The position numbers were made by a program, and so were the translations under genes. Below the pieces are notes generated by a model, which saw only the letters and a list, made by a program, of their open reading frames with translations, did not search any database and was not told the origin of the DNA. Below are positions 19,270-30,525 of a stretch of 64,000 nt of DNA, piece after piece. Source of the stretch: a virus (Duplodnaviria; Caudoviricetes). The stretch is from positions 32,001 through 96,000 of IMG/VR virus record IMGVR_UViG_3300006151_000005. The stretch is one strand, 5' to 3'. Each line of letters opens with the position of its first letter. The stretch's first letter is position 1.

Positions 19270-19701
19270 ATGCCACCGAAGAAAAAGAATCAGACCGTCA
19301 TCCATGAATTTGCGTGTGAAATTTTCCCACGGAAATTGTGGATAGTCAAGAAGCCGCCACATGGGTATCTGGAGAAGCATTTTCAGACCGCCGACGGCGA
19401 AAAGCTCCACGAATATGATGTTGAAGATGCAAAGGCTGTCACTTACAAGGAAATTTACAACATCGACACCGACAAGCTCGGCATCCTGATTGTCTTGCTT
19501 GAAAGCAACATCACCGTTTCGGACTGCGCCCATGAAGCTACGCACTTTGCAATGGAAATGTATGCGGCTATTGGCGAAGAAGTCAGCACCGAGCATCAGG
19601 AAGTCATGGCGTACCTTGTAGGCTACGCCACCGACTGCATCTATCAAGTAGTTACCAACAAATTCAGACCAATGTTCGATGGAAGCCGAGAAATATCCTA
19701 A
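19270..19701 (+). CDS. HExxH metallopeptidase-like phage protein
   Basis: CAHEATH...QEVMAYLVG. Confidence 0.55.
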   Translation: MPPKKKNQTVIHEFACEIFPRKLWIVKKPPHGYLEKHFQTADGEKLHEYDVEDAKAVTYKEIYNIDTDKLGILIVLLESNITVSDCAHEATHFAMEMYAAIGEEVSTEHQEVMAYLVGYATDCIYQVVTNKFRPMFDGSREIS

Positions 19702-20406
19702 TACGCAGTTGCCGACACTCGCCATACATTATCAGTTGGGCGACTGGGTACGCGAATATTCATCTATAACCGGAAAGGAATCGCCGGCGATGTATGTCGT
19801 GGCCATGTTCAAGGATGTGCTATATCTTGAAATAGACCCCGAACAGGGCGACCCCTTTGAGGTTGATTATGAAGATGTGCGGCCTATCCCACTGACCAAA
19901 GAATTTCTCGTTGAAAGGGATATTTACGGAAAGCGCATTGTCAACGATGAACACGGCATAGAGGAAACAATACCCGGTGTTGCATCCAAATGGGATTTGA
20001 ACGACTGGGTTGACATTCACAAGTATAAAGACAAGTTCATTGCCAAATACCACGGAAGAGGCGATGAGTATCTTCACGTGGTCTATCTACGCTACGTTCA
20101 CAACCTCCAGCACTTCTACCGGATGTTTGAAATCGATAAGCCTATAATCGTATGAGATGCCCGGTATGCAATGGTGTTGGAATGGTTGACAATCCGCGAT
20201 TCTACAACAGGCCATGCTGGGACGCATGGGAAAGCGGAATACCTACAAGAATACGATGCCGACACTGCGGTGGCTATGGCTTTATTATAGGCGAAATCAG
20301 CGACATCACCCCGGCACTGCAAACGGCAGTAGATGAACATCGCGGGCTGACCGCAAAGGAAACAAAGCAAATACTAACGACACTTCTTAAAGAAAATGAA
20401 TCTTAA
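19679..20406 (+). CDS. Two hypothetical proteins (19679-20155; 20152-20406 with DnaJ-type CxxCxGxG zinc finger)
   Basis: CPVCNGVG...CRHCGGYG. Confidence 0.5.
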
Positions 20407-20722
20407 CGAATATCAGGAAGCCGCCCTTAAAACGGCGATTTATCCCAACGACGGCAAGGTTAACTATCTTGCGCTTGCCATCTGTGGCGAAGCCGGAGAA
20501 TTAGCCGATAAGGTCAAGAAAATCTTGCGCGACAAGGACGGCGAATACAAGGAAGCCGACAAACACGCCCTCGCGCTGGAGCTTGGCGATATTATGTGGT
20601 ATGCCGCGAACCTGTCAAGTGTTCTCGGTTATAGTCTTTCTGAAATTGCGGAACTTAATATAGCAAAAATCGCCGGCAGAGTGGAACGTGGTACGATTCA
20701 CGGAGTCGGCGACAATAGATAA
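20396..20722 (+). CDS. MazG-like nucleotide pyrophosphohydrolase
   Basis: LNEYQ...GEAGELADKVKK...ELGDIMWY...NIAKI. Confidence 0.85.
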   Translation: MNLNEYQEAALKTAIYPNDGKVNYLALAICGEAGELADKVKKILRDKDGEYKEADKHALALELGDIMWYAANLSSVLGYSLSEIAELNIAKIAGRVERGTIHGVGDNR

Positions 20723-20727
20723 TCATC

Positions 20728-21231
20728 ATGGCTGCTGACACGACCTTATCAATAACGCAGATAGAGCTTGGACTCGCGCAATATTTCAATTTTCGGAACA
20801 ATGTAATCGTGCCTAACGTATCATGGGGCTTACTTAACCATGAAGCCGACCTGTTGATACTGAACAAAAGCGGTTATCTTACCGAAATTGAAATCAAACG
20901 AAGTTGGGCAGACTTTCTCGCAGACTTTCGGAAACGGCATACGCACGAAGACACAAAGGTATCGTGGCATTACTACGCAGTGCCGGAGTCAATCGTTGAT
21001 AAATGCCGTGAAAAACTTGCAGAAGTTGACCCCGGACACAGATGGGGTCTTATCAGCTATGCCGCGTCATGGGATGGCGAGTGCTGGCCTAAAATAGAAT
21101 CGCAACCGTCAAACATACACTATCATTGCAGTGAACGGAAATTGTATTTAGAGGAGCAATTTCAGCTTGCAAGACTTGGTGCAATGCGCACGTGGTCACT
21201 TAAAGAAAAAATCATCAAAAATGGAAAATAA
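20728..21231 (+). CDS. PD-(D/E)xK nuclease-like protein
   Basis: HEADLLIL...TEIEIKRSWADFLADF. Confidence 0.6.
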   Translation: MAADTTLSITQIELGLAQYFNFRNNVIVPNVSWGLLNHEADLLILNKSGYLTEIEIKRSWADFLADFRKRHTHEDTKVSWHYYAVPESIVDKCREKLAEVDPGHRWGLISYAASWDGECWPKIESQPSNIHYHCSERKLYLEEQFQLARLGAMRTWSLKEKIIKNGK

Positions 21232-21865
21232 ACCCAATATCATTGTCAAGAAGCATACCGGCGTGGAGCTTGTTCAGCTTGCCGCCAGTTTTACATCCGG
21301 GCATGAAAGCAAGATAACGCTTAAACGTGCCTATAAGACGGAACACTCCATAATCCGCACCCAGATATTCACTGTGGAATGTTATGGTATCCCCTTGTTC
21401 GTAAGCACCCATTTCATCCGCCATCACGTAGGCTCGCAGCCCTATCAGCTTACATGTCGCATCGACCGACCCGGCGGCGGTAATCCACATCTCAAGGAGC
21501 GCATCGCCGAAGTCAACGCCTTGCTTGCCGACGGAAAGATTGCGGAGGCTTGCGGTATTCTGGACTGGCTCGCTGATAATTCAGACCGCTACACAAAGGT
21601 CAATCTTCTGCTTTTCGCCAATGCACAAGGCTTGATAGACATGGCGAAATTACGCCTATGCACACAGGCATCGCCGGAAACACGTGAACTATTTCAGGCT
21701 ATCAAGGCGAAGATTGCGGATGTTGACCCGGATTTAGCACCTTTCCTTGTCAGGAAGTGCGTTTACCGTGGCGGTATCTGCTGTGAACAGAAATGCTGCG
21801 GCTACAACAAGACAGAACTATTCAAAAAGGAACTGGAGCATTACAAGCTGCAATTCGTAAACTGA
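21221..21865 (+). CDS. ThyX-like flavin-dependent thymidylate synthase homologue
   Basis: EHS...VSTHFIRH...NAQGLIDMAKLRLCTQASPETR...KCVYRGGIC. Confidence 0.65.
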   Translation: MENKPNIIVKKHTGVELVQLAASFTSGHESKITLKRAYKTEHSIIRTQIFTVECYGIPLFVSTHFIRHHVGSQPYQLTCRIDRPGGGNPHLKERIAEVNALLADGKIAEACGILDWLADNSDRYTKVNLLLFANAQGLIDMAKLRLCTQASPETRELFQAIKAKIADVDPDLAPFLVRKCVYRGGICCEQKCCGYNKTELFKKELEHYKLQFVN

Positions 21866-21872
21866 TGCCGTT

Positions 21873-22316
21873 ATGGAAGAAGAGGGTTTACAATACATCG
21901 AATTTCAAGATGAACTTTGTCGGCTACGCTACACAATCGCCAAATACAAGGAACACGACAAGAAGCGTAATCGGTACATGGCGCATCTTGAACGCCTGAA
22001 CGATAGATATAGGCAAAAGGTTGAAAGCCTTGAAGCACTTACGGAACGTCAGCACGAAGAAATCGACGAGCTGATGGATGCCTATGATGGCGCAAAACCT
22101 CTTATCGCCGACCGGTCACATCGCGCCTATGTTTACGAACTGGTAAAACGCGCCAACGAAGCAAGAAAATTGAAGCGGAAATGCGACAACATCGAAGAAG
22201 AAAACAAAACGCTTCACGACAAGAATAAGCGGCAGAAAGAACATATCCAGTCGCTGAAAGAAAAGATTGAAGCGTTGGAAAACGTAATCAAATCACTACA
22301 CAATGGGAAACGATAA
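21873..22316 (+). CDS. Coiled-coil hypothetical protein
   Basis: Heptad-rich ORF. Confidence 0.5.
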   Translation: MEEEGLQYIEFQDELCRLRYTIAKYKEHDKKRNRYMAHLERLNDRYRQKVESLEALTERQHEEIDELMDAYDGAKPLIADRSHRAYVYELVKRANEARKLKRKCDNIEEENKTLHDKNKRQKEHIQSLKEKIEALENVIKSLHNGKR

Positions 22317-22659
22317 ACTTATAGATTTCAGTCAGGATGTCGAATTTGCAGACTGCATCGTCAATGAAGACGTCAGCCGGTATAAGGCAATCGTGGAAAA
22401 CATGACGCAGAAATTCATCGCCAAGAACCACGACTACGGCAATTCATTCTCTGAGTCGGTACAGGAATTTGGTGCGACCTCCGGCCCGGTTATCGGCTTC
22501 GCGCCCATCATGCACAAATTCAACCGCCTCAAGAACCTTATCAAAGGCGAGCAGGCTCTCGTTGCGGACGAAACAGCGGAAGATACGTTGCTGGATATGG
22601 CCAACTACTGTATCATGTTTAAGATGGAACTTGATAAACTCAAAACGTCATGCAGTTAA
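22303..22659 (+). CDS. DUF1599 / nucleotide-modification-associated domain protein
   Basis: KNHDYGNSF...KFNRL...EDTLLDMANYCIM. Confidence 0.75.
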   Translation: MGNDKLIDFSQDVEFADCIVNEDVSRYKAIVENMTQKFIAKNHDYGNSFSESVQEFGATSGPVIGFAPIMHKFNRLKNLIKGEQALVADETAEDTLLDMANYCIMFKMELDKLKTSCS

Positions 22660-23262
22660 AAGGATTCAAGGTGTGGCTATGTGCCATAGTCTTCGCCATT
22701 ATTCAGATGATAGCAGACGTTATCAAAGCCATCTATCAGGAAAATTATGTTATTATGATTCTTGAGGGCGCAACGCTTGTATGGATGTGTTGGCTTGGCA
22801 AGTGGGCATATCGTCAAAACAAAAGGAAGAAAGCCAATGGATGAACTCAGATACATAAAGCCAATTCAGCTATTCGCGGAAGCCGAAGAAAAGCGACTAC
22901 GCGACATTATGGTTGACATCCGGGAGTATGACTCACCACAAATGGTACGCGCCCGCTTCGATATGCGGAAAAGCGAATTGAAGTTAACACCCAGAATACC
23001 TCGGTTGGCATCCGACGGCGCGGAAGAAGAATACATGAAGATTCTCAAGGAGGGCGGGCTATCCGGCTGCGAATTTGCGATTAACAACGGCATTGAGTCC
23101 ATTATGACAACCTTTGTTAAGGAACTTATCAGGCAAGGATTAGTTGTTTGCGAAATCAAGGATGCAATGTATGACCCCAAAAGAATCTGCATAGAATTGT
23201 CGGCGGTTGTAGGTGTGCCGAAGAAAGCGCGTAAGCGATTTGACATAGATGTGACGGAATAA
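22650..23262 (+). CDS. Small membrane protein (22650-22844) and hypothetical protein (22837-23262)
   Basis: Two hydrophobic helices in the first; coupled ORFs. Confidence 0.5.
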
Positions 23263-23263
23263 G

Positions 23264-23302
23264 TTAAGGGCGAATGGTTTTGATACCGACCGCCCTTAAT
23301 TC
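23264..23302. terminator. Hairpin between convergent operons
   Basis: TTAAGGGCG...CGCCCTTAA inverted repeat. Confidence 0.6.
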
Positions 23303-23317
23303 TGCGTCTATGTGGGA

Positions 23318-23752
23318 TTATAGGGTGCGCTTGCTTGGGTCTGGCTCTTCAAACTTGAGCATCATGTGGCAGAAAGTGCGTTGTGGATTTATGGAATAAA
23401 CCGACCCTTTGCCACGATAAATCAGATGGTACACGTCATCACTTTCTTGTGGGACTTGTAGCGTAATCTTGCCTTTATACATCAAGGCAAGAAAGGCGTT
23501 TTTCTTTGTGCGGAAATCAGCCGGGGTCTTGCCGGTGATAGTAAAGTCAAGTATGACATCACGCGATGCGTATTTAGGCGCATCTTCCACGACAACGCGC
23601 TTGCCGTGTTCCAGTCTTGACTCGTTTTCGATGTTTTCTTTCAGCGACAGTGGCTCGGTTAATGCGTCCAGAAAGCCCTCGCCCATGCGCACACCGTAGT
23701 CTTGATATACGGTGCTGCTTCCGTTTATTCTTAATTCGGGTAGTGTTGCCAT
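23318..23752 (-). CDS. Distal tail (Dit)-like protein
   Basis: Directly follows the tape measure gene; YGVRMGEGF...KENIENESRLEHGKRV...KFEEPDPSKR Bacteroidetes phage tail pattern. Confidence 0.6.
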   Translation of the reverse strand: MATLPELRINGSSTVYQDYGVRMGEGFLDALTEPLSLKENIENESRLEHGKRVVVEDAPKYASRDVILDFTITGKTPADFRTKKNAFLALMYKGKITLQVPQESDDVYHLIYRGKGSVYSINPQRTFCHMMLKFEEPDPSKRTL

Positions 23753-23753
23753 A

Positions 23754-26700
23754 TTAGATATTTTTCGTGTTCTTTTTGATTTCCGCTATATCAGCCTGCA
23801 TGGTCTGTATCGGCTTCACAATCGCGCCAGTATTCTCGCTGATGGTTTGCAATTCGATGTAAATCTTTGCAAGCTGACGCTCGATGTTGTCCTGATGAAC
23901 ATTGAAGCGGCTATATTCCATCGCTATCTGGAGCAATTCGTCAGTCATGTCGGCAAGCGATAATGTGTGCTGATTCTCGTTTGCACGGATAGATTCAACG
24001 GCTATCTGCAACGCCGTAAGTCTGCCCTCAATCGCATTGCCGGTGTCCTGTGACATTCCTTCAAGTGTTCGGCTTGATGACTGCTGCTCGGATGAGCCAT
24101 CCCAGCCCATAGCCTTTTTAAGATTGTTGCGGTCATTGACGGCATCGCCTACAATGTTATCCCAGTCGCGCTTCAAGCGTTCCTGCTCTGCGGCGGTAAG
24201 ACCATCTTGGTCATCCATAGCGGCGACAAAGTCTTCATACCACTGCTTGAGCTTTTCGTTGTACTTGGAGTTCATTAGGCTGTTAATAACGGCCTGTTGC
24301 ATCATCTTTTCAAAGTTGTTGGCGAAGTCCTCGCTATCGGATTCCATGTCAAGAAGCATCGACTTAAACTCGTCCTTGACGCTATCAAACGACACGTCAG
24401 TCAGCGACTCACGGAATGCGTTCTCAAGCTCTTCAAGTTCTTTGTAGTATTCGATGTATTCATCCATGAACTGCGCGGCATCCTTGTGGCCGTCATCGGC
24501 AAGACCTTTAATTTTGGCGTAAAGGTCAGGTGCGCTCTGTGCAACCTTTGCCATCTGCTCGGAAGTAAGATTCCAAAAGTCACCGGCACTGCGCACCGAC
24601 TTGCCTACGATAGCAGAAATACGCGACCAATCATCGCCGCTCATGCCCTTATTTATCTTATGGTTTGAAGACTTGTATCCTCCAACACCCAAGAAGCCAT
24701 TAGAATACGCCGCGCCGGAACGTGACATCATTTCCTGAGTATTCTTCATCGCCTTTTCTATATCGCCTTTCTGCTGCTGATATAGTGCGCCCATATCGGC
24801 AGTGGCGGCATCCCGCATTTCATCGGCAAGATTATACACGGCCTTGCGAAGTGCCTCGTTAGTAGCGGTCAAACGTTCAATGTCTTCCTCAAGATGCTTG
24901 TCGCTTTCGCCGTTACCCCACCAATCAAACCAACCGCCAAGTGTGAAGATTGATTTGAAGATGCCGAGGATGCCTTTGTAAAGGCTTTCGCCAATCTGAC
25001 GGAAAAGACCCTCCTTGAAGTTGAGTATGTTGCCGATAATGCCTGAAATAGCATTAAGGATTGAATCAAGAATCGCTGTAATAAGTGGCCCTAATCCATC
25101 TTTAAGAATATCAAGTATTTTAAGAATAGAAGCTATAAGTCCAGCTATAAGTCCAGCCTTTCCAAGACCTTTAGCCATGCTACCAACTGCTTGCGAGGCT
25201 TCGCCCACTGCATCCCCTGCTTCACTAACTACACCTGTGATTTCACTTGATAATTTATCGGCAGCGCCGGATGCCGAATCGCTAAAATCTTCAAAGGAAA
25301 GTTCAAGTTTTGTCATTGCATCCTTAATTAACTGCGGTGAGTCTTCAAGTGCGGATGCAAATGCTTCTGCGCCCTCTGCTGCGGCATCTTTAAGGTCGGT
25401 AATCGCTTTGGATGCTTCCTCAAAAGCCGATAAACCTTTCAGACCATCGATAGCACCCTTTAAGGAGTCAAATGCGTCCCAAAGGTCTGCCAACTGCGAA
25501 AAGCCGGAATTGCTCAAGAATGTATAAATTTTGCTGACCGGCTTGATGACGTTCTTTGCAGTTTGCGACAACATCATGCCGGAGCTTTTTACTGTATTCT
25601 GCGCCTGCTGTAATGCGAGGTTGGAATTTGCCACGGTTGCACCATAGTTGTTGACCGCGATAGTCGCATTTTCATAAGCCTCTTGCGCAACCCTCAACTG
25701 TTCCGGTGATGTTTCTGGATTATTGCGCACTCTTTCAAGATTCCTCTGGGCTTCCGATTGGACTTGTGTAAGGCGACTTAATTCGGCAGTAACTCGTGTA
25801 TCGTTTTCGGTAGCGATGCGTAATTCATCAAGGGCTTTCTGATAAGCCATCAATGATGAAGACAAATCTTGCCACGATTGATTAGAGCCAAGCTGCTGAC
25901 GCATACTTTCCATGGCCTCTATAACGGTTTGCTGATTCTCTGCACCGGATTGACGGAACGACTCGGTTTTTACATATTTCTGCAACTGCTCATAAAGCGG
26001 TTCAAGCTGACCGCGCATAATAACGCCAACGTTATCAAAGACAGTGTACCAGTCAATCTGATTCATTACCGCATTTGATTCAAACTGCTCTTCCTCGGCA
26101 CGTTGCTGCCGTTGCAAGGCAAGACGCTCGCCCTCGCTTTGGGCGTTTCTTATTTTTTCTGCATATTCTTCTGCGATAGCAAGTTTTTTCTGCTGAAAAG
26201 ACCCAAATTCTTTCAGATAGTCACGCATAGCAGCAAAGTCTTCCTTAAACCTTGCTTCAAGGTCAGTTGATCCATTGACATCAATCAACTGGCTCTGTGT
26301 GTCAAAGCCTATGTTGTCTTTAGCCTGTGTAAGCCAATCCTCGCGCATCTTCTTCAACTGTTCGTCGGAGAATTGTGCATAATACTGATATTCCTTGCGA
26401 CCTTTGCCACCCTTGAGCCATTCCTGCAAGGCGTTCTTTTCAAGTGTCTGCGCCTCCCTTTCGGCTTCTTTCAAAAGAGCCTGACGCTTCTTTTCGGCAG
26501 TAAATTTGATAGTGGCTATTTCCTTTTCGGAATTATCCTCCAACTGTGCGATTTCAAGCTCACGCTGATTGTTTCTTTCTTCCTGTAAAAGTTCAGCGGT
26601 TCGACGCTCCTCTTCCAACTGCATCTTACGAAGCTCGTATGCCCTTTGCTTAGGGTCATCCTTACTGCCGCCTTTCTTATTTCCTTTCTTGGATTTATCG

Positions 26701-29700
26701 CGCTTATCAAGTGCTTTAAGCTGCTGCTCGTAGTATTTATACAATGCGCTTGACTGGTCAACCTTTTGCATCTGCGAGTTGATAGACTTGCGGATTTCAG
26801 AAAATTCCTCGGTTGTTTTGGCGTTCTGAATCTGGCTTTCAAGGGCGGTCTTGATAGACTGCATAGCCTGACTCTGATTGCCTTTATTTCGGTTGTATTC
26901 GCCCACCATTAAGTCGTTTTTTAACTGACGATACAATCGCTTATCAACATCAGACATTGCACCCTCGCCCAACTGCGTACCATAACGGTCAATAAACTGC
27001 TGCAATAGTGCCGACTGCTCGGAATTAAGATGGTAGTTCTTGCCGCCCATCTTGAAATTGCTTCGTAGACGGGCGTTCCGTACAATCGCGTTATAGGCAT
27101 CCAAATCGGCTTTTGCCATCTTTGTGCCGGGAGTGATTTTGCCGTTCTTTCCATACTTGGCAAGAAGATTCTGCAAGGTCTGACGTTCTGCGCCGGTCGT
27201 ATTCAAGACCTGACCGCCCACATCACGGAGCGTAATCTTGATTTTGTCAAGTGTATTTAGTGCAATATCAAGATATTTGGTGTCAATGTAAGGCGTGGCT
27301 ACGGCGTTGTCAACGTCTTTCATCTTGTCTTCCGCTTGCGCTGCCTTAACCGACGTTTCATCCAGCGCAGTGTTGTCGGTTGTCGGCGTAGCTGACGATT
27401 CATCGACATCGCCAATCTTGCCTTCCGTTTGTTCGGCGGCTTCAAAAAGTTCATGTATGTTGATAGGGTCTGCCAAAGGTTTGACCGGTTTTGCATTGAT
27501 TTCATCAACCTCTTTCGATACCTTTGTCAGCTCCTCGGTCAATTTCTTGGAATCAAAGGTGGAATAATCAATTTCCGGCTGTGCCGCAGCCGCACGTTCA
27601 GCGGCATCCGCAGCGGCATTTGCTTGGGCTTGCGTCTTCTCGGTCAGTTTATCAAGCGTATTGGTTTTGTTAATAAGCTCGGAAACAAGTTTGGATGTAT
27701 CCTTGATGTCAAGAACATACTGCTCGGCAAATCCCATCTGTTTCGCCAGTGCCTTTGCATCCATGTTTGCGGTTTGGGCAATTTCCGTCTGCAAGCGGGC
27801 AATTTCTTGACGTGCCTTTACAGCGGCTGCGTTTTCAATCTTTTGACCATTCTCGGTATAGGTTACATTAGCGGCATATTCCTTTTCAGCATCCTCAAGG
27901 AGTTTGACCATTTCAGTAAGTTCAGCCTTTTTGTTTTCCACCGTACTTGCTATGGTGTCGGCCATAATCTTGGATACTTCGGCAGCTTCCCCGGATGAAT
28001 CGTTTTCAATGATTTCTTTCATTTCATCCTTGAAAGATGTAGTGGCGGCATCCTTTTCTTCCTGAATAGTTGCAAGACGATTGGCGGTCTGTCGTGCTTC
28101 GCCCTCTGCCAGAATCAGTTGGTTAAGCTGCGCACGGGCTTCATTTAACTGCTCAATCTTATCCTTTTCCTTGTCGATGTGGATACCGTATTCTTCCGCC
28201 ATCTTGATAAGCTCCTCTACGGCATCCTTGTGTACCCGGCTATCCTTGTTCACGGAGTTCATTACGGCGTATAGCGTATCGATGTTGTTTTTCAGCTTCA
28301 ACGTGGATTCGCCAAATCTTTCAGACATAGCGGATGATTCCTCAGCTTCGTCCTTAAACGACATAAATAGACCGATGACGGTTGTCAGGGCGGTAATTAT
28401 CATGCCGAAGGGATTGGTCATAAAAGCGACCTTGAGGCTATTCCATGCGTTCTTGCAGGCGTTGGTGGCCGCAGTCAGCGCATACTTTCCGATGGTCAAT
28501 GCTTTATCCTTTGCCGTGGCAAGTGCGGTCACGATTGTGCCGCGACTGGTTGCGGCGGTATTTACGTTTGTGGCCGCAGTATTGGCGGTGGTTGCGGTTG
28601 TTTCTCCAATGACGGCGGCTGTGGCGGTCTGTTTCTGCACGGCTTGCTGTGCGGTAATCGCGCCATTCAGTTCCTTTTCTGCTGTGTTTATACCCTCGGC
28701 TGCTGACTGCTGGGCGGTTATAGCGGAAGCCTGCTCCTCTACTGCCGCCATGTATTCTTCGGCGGCGGCTTTCTTATCGTCGGCATCGCCGGCGGCTTCT
28801 GCCATCTCCATCAGTTCTTTTGCAGACTCAACGCGCCTTTCCGCAGCTTCTACAAGTTGGTCGCTTGCGGCTTTCTGCATGTTCGCGCTTTCAAGTGCCG
28901 CCTGCTTTGTATCAACGAGTGCCTGTGCATAGTCGCGCTCATTCTGCAAGCGTTCAGCGGTATCATTCGTGATTATTCCGTTGGCATTGGAGTCGTTGAT
29001 GTCGGCATCAAGGCCACGCCCGGCTTCTTCGCGCTGGGTCTGCATGTCCTTGAGGTGCGTTTCATAGGTCTTCTGCGCCTCTTCTGCGATACGGCGTTCA
29101 TTCTCGGCGATGCGCTGCTGTTCCTGCTGCCATAAACGCCCCTGCTGGATTGAGTCGGCATACGTCTGGTCGATAGACCCTTCCTCAAGAGCCTTGCGTA
29201 TGTCATCGTCGTAACCCTCCATCATCTTGGCGTTCTGCATTTCCTGTATCTTGGCAAGTTCGGCATTGAAGCCATCCACGATGCCCTTTGAAGCGTCGAT
29301 AACGGATTGCTTGGCTGCGAAATTGGAAAGCATCACGGAGGTCTTGTAAACACCGAAAGCCGCCGCAGCGGTGGCGAGTACCGGAATGATTCTGCCGATA
29401 TTGTCAACAATAGTGGAAGCCGCGTCAATAACGCCCACAAGCGCACCCTCCATATTCTGACCCATGTCATTAAACATCAAGTCCATCGAGTCATTCAGCT
29501 TGGCGATTGCACCCGGTATGGTCTTCGATGCCGTTTCCGACATCTTGTAGTATTTGCCTCCCTCGCTTGTTGCGTCAAGAAAAGCCTGCTGAACCATCTC
29601 GGCTGAAATCTTGCCCTGCGACATTTCTCCCTTGAGCGCACCGATAGATTTGCCGGTCTTTTCGGATATGACCTGCAATGGCTGGAAGCCTGCGTTTACC

Positions 29701-30350
29701 ATCTGCATCAAGTCCTGACCCATCAGCTTGCCCGCTGCCGACATCTGCGAAAACGCAAGCGAAAGCGACTGAAAGCGGCGGGTATCGCCCATAGCAATAT
29801 CGCCGATAGCCTGCAAGTATCGCGGAACTTTGTCAGCGTCGATGCCGAAGCCGAGCATCATCTGTGCAGTGGAAACAGTAGGTGCAAATTCAAGCGGCGA
29901 TATTTTGGCAAACTCCTGTAATTCGGCGTTCAGCTTCTCGCCCTTACGCTTGCCAATCATCGTTTCGATAGATGCGTTCATCTGCTGGAACTGACCGCGT
30001 ATGCTTGTGATTTTGGTAAGGAACTCACCCAGACCATACACGCCGGCAAGACCGCCCACGGCCATCATCGGTCGCGTCAGTAAGTCCTGTATGCGGTTGA
30101 CCTCGGTAAATATTCCACTGAGGTTTTTCTTGATGCCAAATTCCATTTCCGCACCACTGCGCATTGCGGCCTGTGCAAGCTGACGATAACGCGCCGTGCT
30201 TTCGGCGAGTTTCTTGTTCAGTGCATCAATCGACGCGCCGGCCTGCCCCGGCCTAAAATTCTGAATTTGGGTCTTGGTCTTTGCGATTTCCTGTTGTAAA
30301 CGTATCAGTTCGGAGTAATCCGCATCTACGTCAAATGCTAAATATGGCAT
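23754..30350 (-). CDS. Tail tape measure protein (~2200 aa)
   Basis: Tape-measure domain (FAKISPLE...LQAIGDIAMGD...GKLMGQDLMQMVNAGFQPL), long Ala/coiled-coil helices, TM segments. Confidence 0.92.
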   Translation of the reverse strand: MPYLAFDVDADYSELIRLQQEIAKTKTQIQNFRPGQAGASIDALNKKLAESTARYRQLAQAAMRSGAEMEFGIKKNLSGIFTEVNRIQDLLTRPMMAVGGLAGVYGLGEFLTKITSIRGQFQQMNASIETMIGKRKGEKLNAELQEFAKISPLEFAPTVSTAQMMLGFGIDADKVPRYLQAIGDIAMGDTRRFQSLSLAFSQMSAAGKLMGQDLMQMVNAGFQPLQVISEKTGKSIGALKGEMSQGKISAEMVQQAFLDATSEGGKYYKMSETASKTIPGAIAKLNDSMDLMFNDMGQNMEGALVGVIDAASTIVDNIGRIIPVLATAAAAFGVYKTSVMLSNFAAKQSVIDASKGIVDGFNAELAKIQEMQNAKMMEGYDDDIRKALEEGSIDQTYADSIQQGRLWQQEQQRIAENERRIAEEAQKTYETHLKDMQTQREEAGRGLDADINDSNANGIITNDTAERLQNERDYAQALVDTKQAALESANMQKAASDQLVEAAERRVESAKELMEMAEAAGDADDKKAAAEEYMAAVEEQASAITAQQSAAEGINTAEKELNGAITAQQAVQKQTATAAVIGETTATTANTAATNVNTAATSRGTIVTALATAKDKALTIGKYALTAATNACKNAWNSLKVAFMTNPFGMIITALTTVIGLFMSFKDEAEESSAMSERFGESTLKLKNNIDTLYAVMNSVNKDSRVHKDAVEELIKMAEEYGIHIDKEKDKIEQLNEARAQLNQLILAEGEARQTANRLATIQEEKDAATTSFKDEMKEIIENDSSGEAAEVSKIMADTIASTVENKKAELTEMVKLLEDAEKEYAANVTYTENGQKIENAAAVKARQEIARLQTEIAQTANMDAKALAKQMGFAEQYVLDIKDTSKLVSELINKTNTLDKLTEKTQAQANAAADAAERAAAAQPEIDYSTFDSKKLTEELTKVSKEVDEINAKPVKPLADPINIHELFEAAEQTEGKIGDVDESSATPTTDNTALDETSVKAAQAEDKMKDVDNAVATPYIDTKYLDIALNTLDKIKITLRDVGGQVLNTTGAERQTLQNLLAKYGKNGKITPGTKMAKADLDAYNAIVRNARLRSNFKMGGKNYHLNSEQSALLQQFIDRYGTQLGEGAMSDVDKRLYRQLKNDLMVGEYNRNKGNQSQAMQSIKTALESQIQNAKTTEEFSEIRKSINSQMQKVDQSSALYKYYEQQLKALDKRDKSKKGNKKGGSKDDPKQRAYELRKMQLEEERRTAELLQEERNNQRELEIAQLEDNSEKEIATIKFTAEKKRQALLKEAEREAQTLEKNALQEWLKGGKGRKEYQYYAQFSDEQLKKMREDWLTQAKDNIGFDTQSQLIDVNGSTDLEARFKEDFAAMRDYLKEFGSFQQKKLAIAEEYAEKIRNAQSEGERLALQRQQRAEEEQFESNAVMNQIDWYTVFDNVGVIMRGQLEPLYEQLQKYVKTESFRQSGAENQQTVIEAMESMRQQLGSNQSWQDLSSSLMAYQKALDELRIATENDTRVTAELSRLTQVQSEAQRNLERVRNNPETSPEQLRVAQEAYENATIAVNNYGATVANSNLALQQAQNTVKSSGMMLSQTAKNVIKPVSKIYTFLSNSGFSQLADLWDAFDSLKGAIDGLKGLSAFEEASKAITDLKDAAAEGAEAFASALEDSPQLIKDAMTKLELSFEDFSDSASGAADKLSSEITGVVSEAGDAVGEASQAVGSMAKGLGKAGLIAGLIASILKILDILKDGLGPLITAILDSILNAISGIIGNILNFKEGLFRQIGESLYKGILGIFKSIFTLGGWFDWWGNGESDKHLEEDIERLTATNEALRKAVYNLADEMRDAATADMGALYQQQKGDIEKAMKNTQEMMSRSGAAYSNGFLGVGGYKSSNHKINKGMSGDDWSRISAIVGKSVRSAGDFWNLTSEQMAKVAQSAPDLYAKIKGLADDGHKDAAQFMDEYIEYYKELEELENAFRESLTDVSFDSVKDEFKSMLLDMESDSEDFANNFEKMMQQAVINSLMNSKYNEKLKQWYEDFVAAMDDQDGLTAAEQERLKRDWDNIVGDAVNDRNNLKKAMGWDGSSEQQSSSRTLEGMSQDTGNAIEGRLTALQIAVESIRANENQHTLSLADMTDELLQIAMEYSRFNVHQDNIERQLAKIYIELQTISENTGAIVKPIQTMQADIAEIKKNTKNI

Positions 30351-30525
30351 GGCTGTTGAGTTGTTATTTTCAATCAGCCAATTTACCATGAAAGAGGGTG
30401 TTACACATTATTTTCCGCGCACGTATAACGTACTATCAGAAAAAAGTCGTAACTTTGTGCTTTGAAAGGCTAAAGGGTGTGCGCAGAAAGGGAATGATAA
30501 ACCAAATATCACCCCTACTGCCAAG

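Noticed and set aside
24037-30183. Numerous plus-strand ORFs opposite the tape measure gene
   Set aside because: Shadow frames of an Ala-rich repetitive gene.
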